A stretch of DNA of 64,000 nt from Myxococcota bacterium (GTDB taxonomy: Bacteria > Myxococcota_A > SURF-8 > G963663525): contig CAXXVK010000035.1 in assembly GCA_963676915.2 (NCBI GenBank), positions 1 to 64,000 of the forward strand. The letters are read 5' to 3'. The notes under the pieces are model-generated. The model was not told the DNA's origin. It searched no databases and saw only the letters and a list, made by a program, of their open reading frames with translations. The translations under genes and the position numbers were made by a program. Shown here one piece after another: positions 37,491 to 47,959 of this stretch. Numbering within the stretch: position 1 is the stretch's first letter; each line of letters opens with the position of its first letter.

Positions 37491-39392
37491 TCAGAACGTG
37501 GTGTAGAATTCAAAAGTATCCTCGAAGGCGTTTTTGCTGGGAGGATTGTAAATCTCGCCGCCGGATTTGCTTTTATCCACATCGAGGCCACCGACGATCA
37601 GCACCATGCCGTTCATCAACGACGTTACGGTCAGGTTTTCACGCTGCTGGAACATATCGTTGGTTCTGTACGGAGTTTCCGTGGAATCGGTATCGTCGGA
37701 ATCAACCTGAATGGCACCGAAATCCCACAGCCCACGGCAGTCGACGTTATCTTCGTCGAAGGAGTAGGAAAACTTGATGATCTGGCCCGCCTTCGGAACG
37801 GCAGTTCCGGTCGGCTCACTCAGTGGTGCAGCGGTCGCACCGGCAATCAGGATCGTGTCGTAGCTGCCCGTCATGAAATCCCAATCGGCACCGATATAGG
37901 GAAGAACCTGATTGTTCGGGTTGGTACAGGTAACTTCACCGAAGGCATTGATGAAGGCGAAATCGGTCTCGTTGCCATCCTGACCCAAGACGGTTTCGGT
38001 ACCGGACGCTTCGATTTTCACACCACCAGCGACGGCGATCCGCGCAGCTTCGACCTCTTCGCTCGACTCGTCCAGTTGTCCGGTAAGTCCTCGTTTATAA
38101 AGAGGAATCGCGAGATGCTGGGAACGTTTGACGTAGGCCGTCTCGGTGTTGCTTCGGCAGGTCGCCAAGCAGGGATTGGCCACGCATTCCGCCACATCGG
38201 TTTGATAGTTAAAGCAGGAAAAAGATCCCACTTCAGGATTGAACACTTCGACGATGGGTTCCGACACGTCCACTTCGACGTTGTTGTCCAACTTGCGAGC
38301 CGTACCACCGACCGCAATGAGGTTCCATTTTACGTCACCTGTCGTTTCATCGATCCATGGCAGAGCTGTCAACGTATGGTCATAACGGGCGCTGTTGAGT
38401 CCGCCACCCAATTCCTGAATGGGAGTAGGAGCGTCCGTAGCGGCTTCGATCACCGCAGCCTGGGCAATGGGAACGCGGCTTTCGCTTTTGCCACCGGCCA
38501 CGACCAACGCGCTGGTGTCCGGAATCGCCGCCGCAGCATGATGAACCACGCCCTGGGTCAGCGTGCCGAGTAACTCCAGATTCAGGGTCGTTTGTCCGGC
38601 AACATAGGTTCCACGATAGACCTCGTTGGACAACTCGCCGTCTTTTTCACCACCCACGATAACGAAGGTCAGAGCGAGGGTTCCGGCGGAAGTCAGCCGG
38701 TTGCTCATGCTTTCGATCACCGTGAGCGTATGGAAAGCGCGTCCACCGGACCAACCCTCGACAGTCATGCGCTCGAACTGGTTCGTGGCGGGATCGTACA
38801 AATCGGCGGTGTCCGGGTAATCGTAGGTATCGATCACCTGGTTTTTTCCACCAATAATCAAGACTTTGCCGTCAGGCAGTAAAGTAGATGTATGGCCATA
38901 ACGACCGGCGGACATCTTGGCGGGGCGCCCTTGACCTGCAGAATCATCCAGAGGAATTTCACCGAAGCTGTCGACTTTGGTCAGGAAAACGGAAACTTCC
39001 TTTCGACCGCTGCCATCGTACTTGATCGGCGAAGAAATACCGCGTGCAACCGTCTTGTCCTCGGCGTCGGTGCCTTCGACGACCAACACCCACTCTGCGG
39101 TGGAACTGGTCGGAAGCTGGTCCAAGTTGACCGATCCACCATTCCAGCGTTTTTCTTCCAGGTATTCCCGGAAGTACTGCAAAGGGGAGGTTTCTTCGAA
39201 AACGCCGAAACGCACTCCGGTCACCGTGGCGGTTACGGAATTGCTGCCTTGCTGATTCGTCGCGGCGTAGGCATGAATGTTGAGGGATTTGTCCGCCTCG
39301 CCTTCACAGCCGGTCGCAACCGCGAGTAAAACGAGCAACCAGGCGAAAACGCTGAGAGTTACATACTTTTTTATACCGTTGAATCGAACCAT
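37491..39392 (-). CDS. Kelch-repeat lipoprotein
   Basis: Lipobox ATGC; repeats such as 'RYGHTSTLLPDGKVLIIGG', 'RAFHT', 'RYDHTLT', 'NGMVLIVGG'. Confidence 0.85.
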   Translation of the reverse strand: MVRFNGIKKYVTLSVFAWLLVLLAVATGCEGEADKSLNIHAYAATNQQGSNSVTATVTGVRFGVFEETSPLQYFREYLEEKRWNGGSVNLDQLPTSSTAEWVLVVEGTDAEDKTVARGISSPIKYDGSGRKEVSVFLTKVDSFGEIPLDDSAGQGRPAKMSAGRYGHTSTLLPDGKVLIIGGKNQVIDTYDYPDTADLYDPATNQFERMTVEGWSGGRAFHTLTVIESMSNRLTSAGTLALTFVIVGGEKDGELSNEVYRGTYVAGQTTLNLELLGTLTQGVVHHAAAAIPDTSALVVAGGKSESRVPIAQAAVIEAATDAPTPIQELGGGLNSARYDHTLTALPWIDETTGDVKWNLIAVGGTARKLDNNVEVDVSEPIVEVFNPEVGSFSCFNYQTDVAECVANPCLATCRSNTETAYVKRSQHLAIPLYKRGLTGQLDESSEEVEAARIAVAGGVKIEASGTETVLGQDGNETDFAFINAFGEVTCTNPNNQVLPYIGADWDFMTGSYDTILIAGATAAPLSEPTGTAVPKAGQIIKFSYSFDEDNVDCRGLWDFGAIQVDSDDTDSTETPYRTNDMFQQRENLTVTSLMNGMVLIVGGLDVDKSKSGGEIYNPPSKNAFEDTFEFYTTF

Positions 39393-39437
39393 GTTCCACG
39401 CTCCGTGGGGATTTTGGTAAGAAATGAATGTCTTTGT

Positions 39438-40928
39438 TTACTGTTTCGCCGGCAGAGTGATGGACGAAGGCCGGTTGTTGTCTTCCGGCTGCAACGCAAC
39501 GGCTGCCCCGGCAACGCCACCGATCAACACCACACCGATCACCGTCCAGAACCACCACTCTTCATGTATGGGAGTCTGCGCGACGATGACGTTTTCCTTG
39601 CAGCGCGGATCGTTGGGATCTTCGCATTTGACACCACCGAGATCCTCGGCCTTGGCCTGGTCTCCCTGGTCGAAAGTAAGGGTTCCCGAGGAGAGATCCA
39701 CCACTTCGTAGGGCTGCGCTCCACCTACATCCTGGTAGCCGTCTTCTTCGGCATAGCTTTCCACGGGCGGCGCGCCAATGATCAACGCCCGTTCCACCGG
39801 GAATTCATCGACAACGGCTTCTTCGATGTCGCGGGCTAGCGCCGCGTTGCTTTTATCGGCATCCACGAAATTGTGGCGCAGGGTCTGTTCGTCCAAGCGG
39901 ACGAGCTGGCCATCGGATACCTGCAAGACATAAGGAGTTACACTACTTTTCTTTCTGGAACTCTCGAAAACGGCGAACCCGATGTAATCCACCGGAATCG
40001 CTTCACCGATTTCCGTAGCCGTATGGATGAAATCCTCATCGAATTCCAGGTTTTTCGCTTTGGCTTTCAGTCCGGCATAGGATTCCCAGAGATCTTTATC
40101 AGAAGCGCCCTTTTTGCCGAGAACGACGTTGAGCTTCGTGGTTTTCGTCAATTCGACCAGCTGGCCGAAGGGTTCGTAGCCTTCTTTGGTGACTTGTACC
40201 CAGTGCTGACCTTTGACCAGCTTCCGGCTATCGTCTTCGCGTCCGTTGATAAAGATCGTGGCATCCTGAGGTTCCGTCGTGACGGAAAGGCGTTTCCGAC
40301 CTTTCTTCAGGGCTTTGGAACTCGCTTTGAGGGTGTCGCGAAATGCGCTGCCACCGTACATTTTGCTCTTGGCCAAGCGATTGTAAGTCAGCAATTCCTG
40401 TACGGCGCTGTCGGCGCCTTCTTCGCTTTTCACCGCCGAGGCCGCCTTGATGATGTAGGCTTCCTCGACCGCGTCCCAGTTGCGAATCAAATCGACGCAA
40501 CGTTGGAAACCACGAACCGCTTTGTCGGCAGCATCGATGGCTTCTTCGTACTCGTCGTTGTCGTAGGCATCGCGGGCCTGGTCCAGTCGGGACATCGCTT
40601 TGTCCAACCACTGGGGCTTACCCTTGATACCTTCAGTGGGCGTTCCGCCTGCGGGCTTGAGTGCCTTTTTGACGTCGCCCTTGCCAACCCATTGAATTTG
40701 TTCCACTTTCATCAAGCGGGTGTTGACTTCATCCTCGACCATCACCCGTACTTCGTCGGGTGTTTCCCCCTTGTAGGTGTCGTAGGACATCATGTGCAGA
40801 CGCACGCCCTTTTCAGCCGCTTGGATTTCACCGATACCGTACAGCGGGGTGTACATCATCGTTACGGTAAGCACCAGCAGACCACAAACGAGCTTGGTAA
40901 ATATTGTGGCTTGGTGAATGTGTTTCAT
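39438..40928 (-). CDS. PEGA-domain protein with TPR-like helices and C-terminal TM anchor
   Basis: 'LSVTTEPQDATIFING...GQHWVQVTKEGYEPF'; tail 'PIHEEWWFWTVIGVVLIGG'; ATG 40928 with GGAGG RBS. Confidence 0.82.
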   Translation of the reverse strand: MKHIHQATIFTKLVCGLLVLTVTMMYTPLYGIGEIQAAEKGVRLHMMSYDTYKGETPDEVRVMVEDEVNTRLMKVEQIQWVGKGDVKKALKPAGGTPTEGIKGKPQWLDKAMSRLDQARDAYDNDEYEEAIDAADKAVRGFQRCVDLIRNWDAVEEAYIIKAASAVKSEEGADSAVQELLTYNRLAKSKMYGGSAFRDTLKASSKALKKGRKRLSVTTEPQDATIFINGREDDSRKLVKGQHWVQVTKEGYEPFGQLVELTKTTKLNVVLGKKGASDKDLWESYAGLKAKAKNLEFDEDFIHTATEIGEAIPVDYIGFAVFESSRKKSSVTPYVLQVSDGQLVRLDEQTLRHNFVDADKSNAALARDIEEAVVDEFPVERALIIGAPPVESYAEEDGYQDVGGAQPYEVVDLSSGTLTFDQGDQAKAEDLGGVKCEDPNDPRCKENVIVAQTPIHEEWWFWTVIGVVLIGGVAGAAVALQPEDNNRPSSITLPAKQ

Positions 40929-41103
40929 GAGTCCTCCAACAGAGAATCTTGTTGCCGACGGCAGGTGAACAAGCCAAGAACGGCCCATCGGCAGCCCAAT
41001 CGCCAAAACGTGATTAATCGCAATAAGTTCGCTTAGTTAGCCTTCTCGATCAATGCCTTTATATAGCGCTCGGACGCTAACACAATATCATTTCCTAGTC
41101 AAT

Positions 41104-42675
41104 TTATTGTTCGTCGAACTTGGATTGGATCGGATCGGGAAAATGGAAGTCCGATACGTCCTCTTCGGCTTCTCTTCCCCGTTGCCGGTTCAGATCGCGC
41201 CGATAGCTCTCCGAATCCTCGGTGTAGATTCGCGCCGTTGCCCGGATAAAACAGTTGGACATGCACGAAGCCCATGTGCTTGTTTCCCATGCTCGTCGGA
41301 ATCGGAGAACCGAACGCTTCGGCCCCGACCGTCAGTCCGGGAAGCCAGTAATCGATACCGCCACCGAATCCGTGAACCGCCATGGGGTCGGATCGTTCCC
41401 CAACGCGATCGACGGAGGCGATACGCCCCCACTGAAATTGATACGCCGGCCAGATTCGCAAGTTTCGGAAACGAAATTCCCCGGCCAGCCGGTGCGTGAA
41501 AATCCATGAAAGCGTGCTGCGACTCTGATTTGTAGAAACCTGTGTACTTCCGGTACCTTGGCGTTTCTCTGTGGCGGATTCGTCACCCATCAGGTCGAAC
41601 TGATTCATTTGCTGGACACTGAAAAGTCCGCCCGGTTCGACACGGAAAAGCGGACCCACCCCGAGATGCAGCCAGTTGTACCAGAGTTCGTCGGATCTTT
41701 GCTCTTTGATCAAACCGATGATTCCCGCTTCCCAGACAGCGCCCCATTGACCTTTGTTCCAATTACGACCGCCGGTAGCCAGAAGATGTCCCAGGGTAAA
41801 AAGATCGTAATTGCGGGAAGAAAACTCGAAATGCTGGTACTTGGGTTCGGGCAGCGCAAACATCAACATCGAGAACCACAAGCTATTGTGCTCGGGTTTG
41901 TTTTGCGTCAGAGACTGCGCCACTTTCACCTTCTGTCCCCGTTTCGGGTCGATGGAAAACACCTTGGGAGGCAGGGTTTCGTGTTCGAAACGAATGTGGT
42001 GCCGGTTGTCGGTCAACTCACCGCTCCACATTCCCCGTCCGACATCTTTTGCCATCGACGAAGATGGTCGTATCCGGCGGATAGGCGACGAAATTCGACC
42101 GGCGCAAACAGTCGAAGCGAATATTTGCGGTGTGAGCCGTTTCCCTTTCTCGATGTTGAGTTTTTCGGAAAGCGCCATGAAATCGCGCACATAAACTTTC
42201 AGTTCATGCTCTCCCGGCGTGACGGCCATCGCCATCTCCCTGGGCAACGTCGTTTTACCATCCAGCACGGCTACGGCGTCGGGATTGTCCAGTTGTATAA
42301 GGATTTCAGTACGTTGGAGCAATCGAGCTTCGATATGCCTCGGCTCGTTCGGTTTCAGATCGATCATGAATTCCCGGTCGGGGTATCCCGGTTTCGTCAC
42401 GCGGAAAACGGTACCATCCCGGCTTGAGAAAAAACACCCGCTCGGACCGGCTGCCTTCGAAACGCGCCCCTTCGAGAAACACCGTAGCGTCGGGAGGATC
42501 GACTTCTAATGTAAGTTCGATATCGCCATCGGTGGCGGCTGGCATCCCCTGATCGTGACCGGCGGGCGGCACGGTTTCCGACATCCCGGAAGCTTCCGGC
42601 GTCTGGGCTTGGATCATGGCGGGACCGATCAGCCACCACAACCCGATCAACATGAAAAAAATGCCTTTTTTTCAT
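41104..42675 (-). pseudogene. Multi-PEGA plus probable beta-barrel protein, broken by apparent +1 homopolymer insertions (pseudogene or sequence error)
   Basis: Removing one base at each of ~42655-42672, ~42405, ~42123, ~42092, ~42048 and ~41250 joins the ORF fragments into one frame with a signal peptide and three PEGA-like repeats. Confidence 0.7.
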
Positions 42676-42741
42676 GGGACGAGGCGTATCCTGTTCGAAA
42701 TGTGTTCCATCAAGGATTCCAGCATCGGTGAAAACAACTCC

Positions 42742-44634
42742 TTATGCAAGCTTTTCGAACAATAACCACCATTGGTTGGCCCCGTGTTTCGAAACGGGGT
42801 GATGCTGTAGTAGACGTAACGAATCGGAATTTATCGCGATGATCGACGCCAACGCCTGTTCCGAATCGTGATTGCGGTAGTGTTCGAAGTGTTTTTTGCC
42901 TTTTTGACCTCGAATGGAGGACCATTTGTCCTCATCGTAGACGACTCCCCAGGCCGTGTTGTCCACAACCAGCAGTTTTCCACCGGGTTTCAAAGCTTTT
43001 TCGAAAGCGTCGAACGCACGGGGTAACGAATGGAAATGATTGTAACTTCTCAGCACCAAGATCCAATCGAACCGTTCTTTTTTCAACGCAGCGCTTTCGA
43101 TATCCCCCACAATCAAGGATGCCGAAGCATGATTTTCGACGAAGCGACGCAGCGTTTCACCGGGTGTTGGTTCCAGCGCCGTATAGCGCATCGTTTCGGC
43201 ATCGAGACGTTCCCCAAACCGCTCGCCGTACAGCAACGAACCGGCTCCTACGTCGAGCACGTCTCCATCGATACGAGAGAGAACCTCGGCCAGTTCCTCT
43301 TCGGCCAGCGAAAACACGTCTTTTTCCACAGGTGTCCAAAATCCAGCACATTTTAATAGGTTGGAGCAGTTTTCGCACGACGGAGACAACTCCAGCTTGC
43401 GCAGATCATTCGAAAAATCGTCGTGAAACAGCTTGTCGCTGACATCAAGATACACCTGCCGCGTCTCCAGCCGCGTCGCCCGAATCCGCTCGGAAGAAAA
43501 ATCCCCGGTATCGGTGCGAAACAGTTTTACCGCTCCATCGTGCTCTATCAGCAACGAACGTTCCGGGTCGAAGACCGTGCGAACTCCGCGCCGAATGGGA
43601 CAGGTGGCGATGTCGAAGTCGTCAATCGTTTCCACCGGAGAAAAGGCCATGGCGTTGGCCTTCGGTTCGAGCCGTGGACGCAGGTCTTTTGCCGAACTCG
43701 CCAACCGTTCGAACACGCCGAGACAATCGCCGAACAGGTTGCAATCGTCACAAAGCGGTGTCTTGATCCGGTCCAGATACCGGGTGCGAGAAAAGCCTTC
43801 GAGCGGCGGCTCGTAGCGTTCGGCCCAACCGTCTTTTCTCGTTTCGTGCCAGGTACTTTCGTCGTCGGGCAACAGGCAAAGCGGCAAGCCCGAAAACCGC
43901 AGCTCGCCACGTTCGGAATCCGGCAGGGATATCCAGGTTTGATAAATCTTTTCAAATACTTGCGATGTTTCCCCAAGCGAAGGAACCACGGCATCGAACG
44001 CTTTTTCTTCCATCGCGGAAGGATCGACTGCCGCCACGGAAAGCCTGATCGGAGCCAGCGTTTTCAAGCGTTCGGGTAGGTTCGGTAAAGTCTTCAGGTT
44101 GGCGTTGACAACCACGGCGTGAACTTCTCGGGAGAGGTTCAAAGACACGGCACGTTCGAGCGTTTTCCAAGCAACAGCGAAGGAATCGACACCGCAGACC
44201 TTCTCGTGGGTCGCCGCATCGGGGCCGTGAAGGTCCACCCGCAGGTGCGAAAGACCGAGCCGCACCAGCTTTTCGAGTACACCGGGCGCTTCCAGTCCAA
44301 TGCCTGTCGTGCGCAACTCCACCGACATGTCCAGCCGCGAAGCCAACGCCACCATGGCGGGTAAATGAGGCGAGGCCAGCGGTTCCCCACCGGTGAAAAT
44401 CACCCGTTTCATCCCGGATTTGCGGGCATAAGATAAGGCTCGGACGAGGTCGTCTCGTCCCGGTTCGGGTAAATCCTTCAGTGGTGCAAGGCGACAATGG
44501 GCGCAAGCACAGGCGCACCGCCGCGTCAGGCGAATCGCCAAGCTATCGAAAATTTCCGCTCGGGGGTTGTCGAGGTCCGGTTTCATAACGAAAAAGAATA
44601 CCAGACCCGAACCACCCACCGCCATGATTTTCAA
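42742..44634 (-). CDS. Radical SAM protein fused to a class I SAM-dependent methyltransferase
   Basis: CxxxCxxC ('CACACAHC'), 'FTGGEP', two CxxC-x5-C-x-G clusters, 'VLDVGAG', 'LKPGG.LLVVD'. Start could be 44625 or 44586. Confidence 0.85.
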   Translation of the reverse strand: MKIMAVGGSGLVFFFVMKPDLDNPRAEIFDSLAIRLTRRCACACAHCRLAPLKDLPEPGRDDLVRALSYARKSGMKRVIFTGGEPLASPHLPAMVALASRLDMSVELRTTGIGLEAPGVLEKLVRLGLSHLRVDLHGPDAATHEKVCGVDSFAVAWKTLERAVSLNLSREVHAVVVNANLKTLPNLPERLKTLAPIRLSVAAVDPSAMEEKAFDAVVPSLGETSQVFEKIYQTWISLPDSERGELRFSGLPLCLLPDDESTWHETRKDGWAERYEPPLEGFSRTRYLDRIKTPLCDDCNLFGDCLGVFERLASSAKDLRPRLEPKANAMAFSPVETIDDFDIATCPIRRGVRTVFDPERSLLIEHDGAVKLFRTDTGDFSSERIRATRLETRQVYLDVSDKLFHDDFSNDLRKLELSPSCENCSNLLKCAGFWTPVEKDVFSLAEEELAEVLSRIDGDVLDVGAGSLLYGERFGERLDAETMRYTALEPTPGETLRRFVENHASASLIVGDIESAALKKERFDWILVLRSYNHFHSLPRAFDAFEKALKPGGKLLVVDNTAWGVVYDEDKWSSIRGQKGKKHFEHYRNHDSEQALASIIAINSDSLRLLQHHPVSKHGANQWWLLFEKLA

Positions 44635-44685
44635 TCTCTGACGGCAGGTGTGAACGAAAATGTAAGGAAAATTCGCCGTTTTTCA

Positions 44686-44713
44686 GTAGGTCGGGCAAAT
44701 TTCTTGCCCGACA
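44686..44713 (+). repeat. GTAG-type REP-like hairpin, copy 2
   Basis: GTAGGTCGGGCAAATTTCTTGCCCGACA. Confidence 0.65.
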
Positions 44714-44736
44714 ATGTCAAGGCGTCATGCTAGAAA

Positions 44737-46008
44737 TCAGCCTAATCTTGGCTGAGCCGGTTTCCGTTTCCCTCGACGACGATTACGACGGGCCCCTCTT
44801 GGAGGTTGTTGCCCAAAACGCTTTTTGGGGCGTTGGGGTTTCCGTTTCGGGGTTGCAAACAGTTCTTCGGTGTGGCCCAGTTCCTTCCCGGAGTCGGAGA
44901 GTACCGGAACACGCTGATGAATCAGTTTCTGTATGGAAAACAGATCTTTGCGTTCTTCCGGCGAACAGAAAGATATGGCGATTCCCTGCGCCCCTGCACG
45001 TCCCGTTCGTCCGATTCGATGTACGTAGGCTTCGGGTTCGTTCGGGATATCGTAATTGATCACGTGACTCACAGCCTCGATATCCAACCCGCGAGAGGCA
45101 ATATCCGTTGCCACAAGCACACGCACCCGACCACGTTTGAAAGCCGTCAGCGCCGCCTGGCGTTTGTTCTGGCTTTTGTTTCCGTGGATGGCGGAAGCGG
45201 GAATGTCCGCTTTCGTAAGTTTGCGAACGATCTTGTCGGCACCGAATTTCGTACGCGAAAAAACCAACGTGCGGTCGATGTTTTTCTCTTGAATCAAACG
45301 AATCAGCAACCCGATTTTCTCCGGGCGTTCCACCATCATGATCGATTGATCGATGGATTCCACGGTCGTCGCCGAAGGGGCGGTTGAAACTTCTTCAGGC
45401 TCATGGAGCAACTCACCGGCCAGGTGGCGAATCGTGGGAGCTACCGTCGCCGAAAACAGAAGAGTTTGCCGTTTTTCCGGCAAGAGCATCCCGATGCGTT
45501 TGATATCGTGGATAAAACCCATGTCCAGCATTCGGTCGGCTTCGTCAAGGATGAAGGTCTGGACGCGACCGAGTTTAACATAGCCTTGTCCGATCAAATC
45601 GATCAGACGTCCCGGTGTGGCCACAAGGATATCTACGCCGCGTTGCAGCGCTCGGGTTTGCGGATGTTGGCTGACCCCACCGTAAATGACCGTACCGCGC
45701 AAATTGGTAAAGGCACTATAGGCTTCGAAGCTCTTGCCGATCTGGATGGCCAGTTCACGCGTCGGAGCCAGGACCAGCGCACGTATGAAGCGCCATTTTC
45801 CCCTTCGGGGACTGGTCAGCAACTGGTGAAGAACGGGCAGTGCAAATGCGGCGGTTTTCCCGGTTCCGGTCTGGGCACAACCTAAAACATCGCGACCTTG
45901 CATCACAAGCGGGATGGAAAGTTCTTGAATCGGTGTCGGCTGCACATATCCCTCAGCCTTCACCGCTCGGCTCAGAGCCGTGTGAAGATTCAGTTCAGAA
46001 AAATTCAT
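44737..46008 (-). CDS. rhlE: DEAD-box RNA helicase (RhlE-like)
   Basis: Q motif, 'AQTGTGKT', 'PTRELA', 'DEAD', 'SAT', 'HRIGRTGRAG', basic tail. Confidence 0.9.
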   Translation of the reverse strand: MNFSELNLHTALSRAVKAEGYVQPTPIQELSIPLVMQGRDVLGCAQTGTGKTAAFALPVLHQLLTSPRRGKWRFIRALVLAPTRELAIQIGKSFEAYSAFTNLRGTVIYGGVSQHPQTRALQRGVDILVATPGRLIDLIGQGYVKLGRVQTFILDEADRMLDMGFIHDIKRIGMLLPEKRQTLLFSATVAPTIRHLAGELLHEPEEVSTAPSATTVESIDQSIMMVERPEKIGLLIRLIQEKNIDRTLVFSRTKFGADKIVRKLTKADIPASAIHGNKSQNKRQAALTAFKRGRVRVLVATDIASRGLDIEAVSHVINYDIPNEPEAYVHRIGRTGRAGAQGIAISFCSPEERKDLFSIQKLIHQRVPVLSDSGKELGHTEELFATPKRKPQRPKKRFGQQPPRGARRNRRRGKRKPAQPRLG

Positions 46009-46154
46009 AGAGGTATAGACCTGTCTTTCCCCCGCTTCGTTCGGAGGTGAACGGCAAACGTGGCCTGCATCGATGTGAATCTGGAGAATGTCGAGAAATC
46101 CAGAGGAGCACGTAACCGCGCCGATTCGCTGAAGGGTCGCCTGCGACTGGACGT

Positions 46155-46183
46155 AACCTAATCACAATTTTGTTGAAAGTCAA
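46155..46183 (-). promoter_or_regulatory. Putative sigma70 promoter of the helicase, implying a ~140-nt 5' leader
   Basis: Minus strand TTGACT-N17-TAGGTT. Confidence 0.5.
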
Positions 46184-46459
46184 TATTTATCTAGTAAATT
46201 CTGCAACTTGGGATTTTAAAAGTAAAACCTTCGTTTATTTCCAGCACCTTTGACAAAGACAATTTCCTGCCGAAAATTCCCTTAGCATCGACGTGGGAGA
46301 GTTTCTTTGAATCAACCGGAATATTTCGACCATCCCGTGCGTTACGATTATTTGTATCCGCTTCGAATTCATTGAGGAAAACGATAGCCTCCCGGATTGA
46401 CAGCCGGAAGCGCTTTTCGTACACTCCCTTCCAACGACATTCACATTGGAGAGTTCCCT

Positions 46460-47491
46460 ATGCGTCGATTCCGTTCCCCTTTGATCGTCTGGTTCGCGTT
46501 GATTCTTGCCCTGCCGCTGATGCAAGGTTGTTTCAATACCAAGCTCAACCTGTTTCCCGATTATTCCGAGCCATATCGCGAAGTTACGCTTCAGGGAGAT
46601 GGAGACACCAAGATTCTGGTGATTCCTGTCGAGGGCATGATTTCTTCCTCGCCGCGAAAGGATTTTCTTTCCAGCTATCCGTCGATGTTGGAGGAAGTCG
46701 TTGCCCAGTTGAACAGGGCCGCGCACGATCCTTCCATCCGGGCGGTGGTTCTCAAAGTGAATTCTCCCGGCGGCGGTGTCACCGCAAGCGATATTCTGTA
46801 TGAAGAACTGATGCGCTACAAACGTAAAACAGGTGTTAAAATCGTCTCCGCCATGGCCGATACCGGCGCGAGCGGCGCGTATTACCTGTCGATGGCCGCC
46901 GATTCCGTCGTGCTGCATCCCACGACCATCACAGGTTCCATCGGTGTGATTTTCGTGACAGTCAACGCCGAGAAACTCGTGCGGAAAGTCGGAATCAAGG
47001 TTGAACCTATCAAATCCGGTCGTCATAAAGACATGGGTTCGCCGTTCAAGGAAATGAGCGAAGAAGAGCGCCAGCTTTTCCAGACCATGATCGACGAAAT
47101 GTACGAGCGTTTCGTCTCCATTGTTGCCAAAGGTCGCAACATGCCGGTCGAAAAGGTCCGCAAACTGGCTGACGGACGTATTTATACCGCCAAGCAGGCT
47201 GTGGATCTGAAACTGGCGGATCGCATCGGCTACTATTCCGAGGCCATTGACGAGGCGGTCAAGCTGGCGGGGTTGCCGTCGAACTCGCGGGTGGTGATCT
47301 ACCGGCGCGCTCCCGTTGCCGAGGACAGCATCTACAATTCGCGCAACGCCTACGCCCCTAGCGCCGAAGCTCTCTCGAAAGGCGCGGCGCAGTGTTCCTC
47401 GCCTGTGGATTCTCTCGAATCGATGGTTCCCCAAAGCGGCTTTTACTACCTGTGGGACGCCGCCCTCATGAAAAATTCGGAGCACCCGTGA
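46460..47491 (+). CDS. sppA: Signal peptide peptidase SppA (36K type), lipoprotein
   Basis: 'NSPGGGV', 'ASGAYY', 'TGSIGV', 'KSGRHKDMGSP', 'ADGRIYT'; lipobox MQGC. Confidence 0.92.
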   Translation: MRRFRSPLIVWFALILALPLMQGCFNTKLNLFPDYSEPYREVTLQGDGDTKILVIPVEGMISSSPRKDFLSSYPSMLEEVVAQLNRAAHDPSIRAVVLKVNSPGGGVTASDILYEELMRYKRKTGVKIVSAMADTGASGAYYLSMAADSVVLHPTTITGSIGVIFVTVNAEKLVRKVGIKVEPIKSGRHKDMGSPFKEMSEEERQLFQTMIDEMYERFVSIVAKGRNMPVEKVRKLADGRIYTAKQAVDLKLADRIGYYSEAIDEAVKLAGLPSNSRVVIYRRAPVAEDSIYNSRNAYAPSAEALSKGAAQCSSPVDSLESMVPQSGFYYLWDAALMKNSEHP

Positions 47492-47955
47492 CCCTGCGCA
47501 TCGTTCTCGTCGAACCGGAAATTCCACCGAACACGGGAAGCATCGCCCGACTGACCGCCGGAGCGAAAGTACCGCTTCATCTCGTCGAACCGCTGGGATT
47601 TTCGCTGGAAGACAAATACATGAAACGAGCGGGCCTGGACTACTGGCCCGCCGTGGATCTGCACGTCCATCCCAATTTCGACGACGTGTTGAGTCAATTT
47701 CCCCCAGAACAGTTCCCGTACTGGTTTTTGTCGAAAAAGACGGATCAGCCCTATACGGAAGTTCAATACACCGGCAACGATATATTGGTTTTCGGCAAGG
47801 AAACCAAGGGGTTGAGCGAAGAAATCCGCACCCGTTGGGCCGACCGGCTGCTTTCCATTCCCATTTGGGGAGAGATCCGCAGCTACAACCTGGCCAACGC
47901 GGCGTCTATCGTATTGTTCGAAGCCTTACGACAGACGCGGTCGTTTCGTTTGTAG
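47488..47955 (+). CDS. trmL: tRNA (cytidine/uridine-34 2'-O)-methyltransferase
   Basis: 'PEIPPNTG', 'RAGLDYW', 'FGKETKGL', 'RSYNLAN'; the GTG start overlaps the sppA stop codon. Confidence 0.93.
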   Translation: MTLRIVLVEPEIPPNTGSIARLTAGAKVPLHLVEPLGFSLEDKYMKRAGLDYWPAVDLHVHPNFDDVLSQFPPEQFPYWFLSKKTDQPYTEVQYTGNDILVFGKETKGLSEEIRTRWADRLLSIPIWGEIRSYNLANAASIVLFEALRQTRSFRL

Positions 47956-47959
47956 AGGG

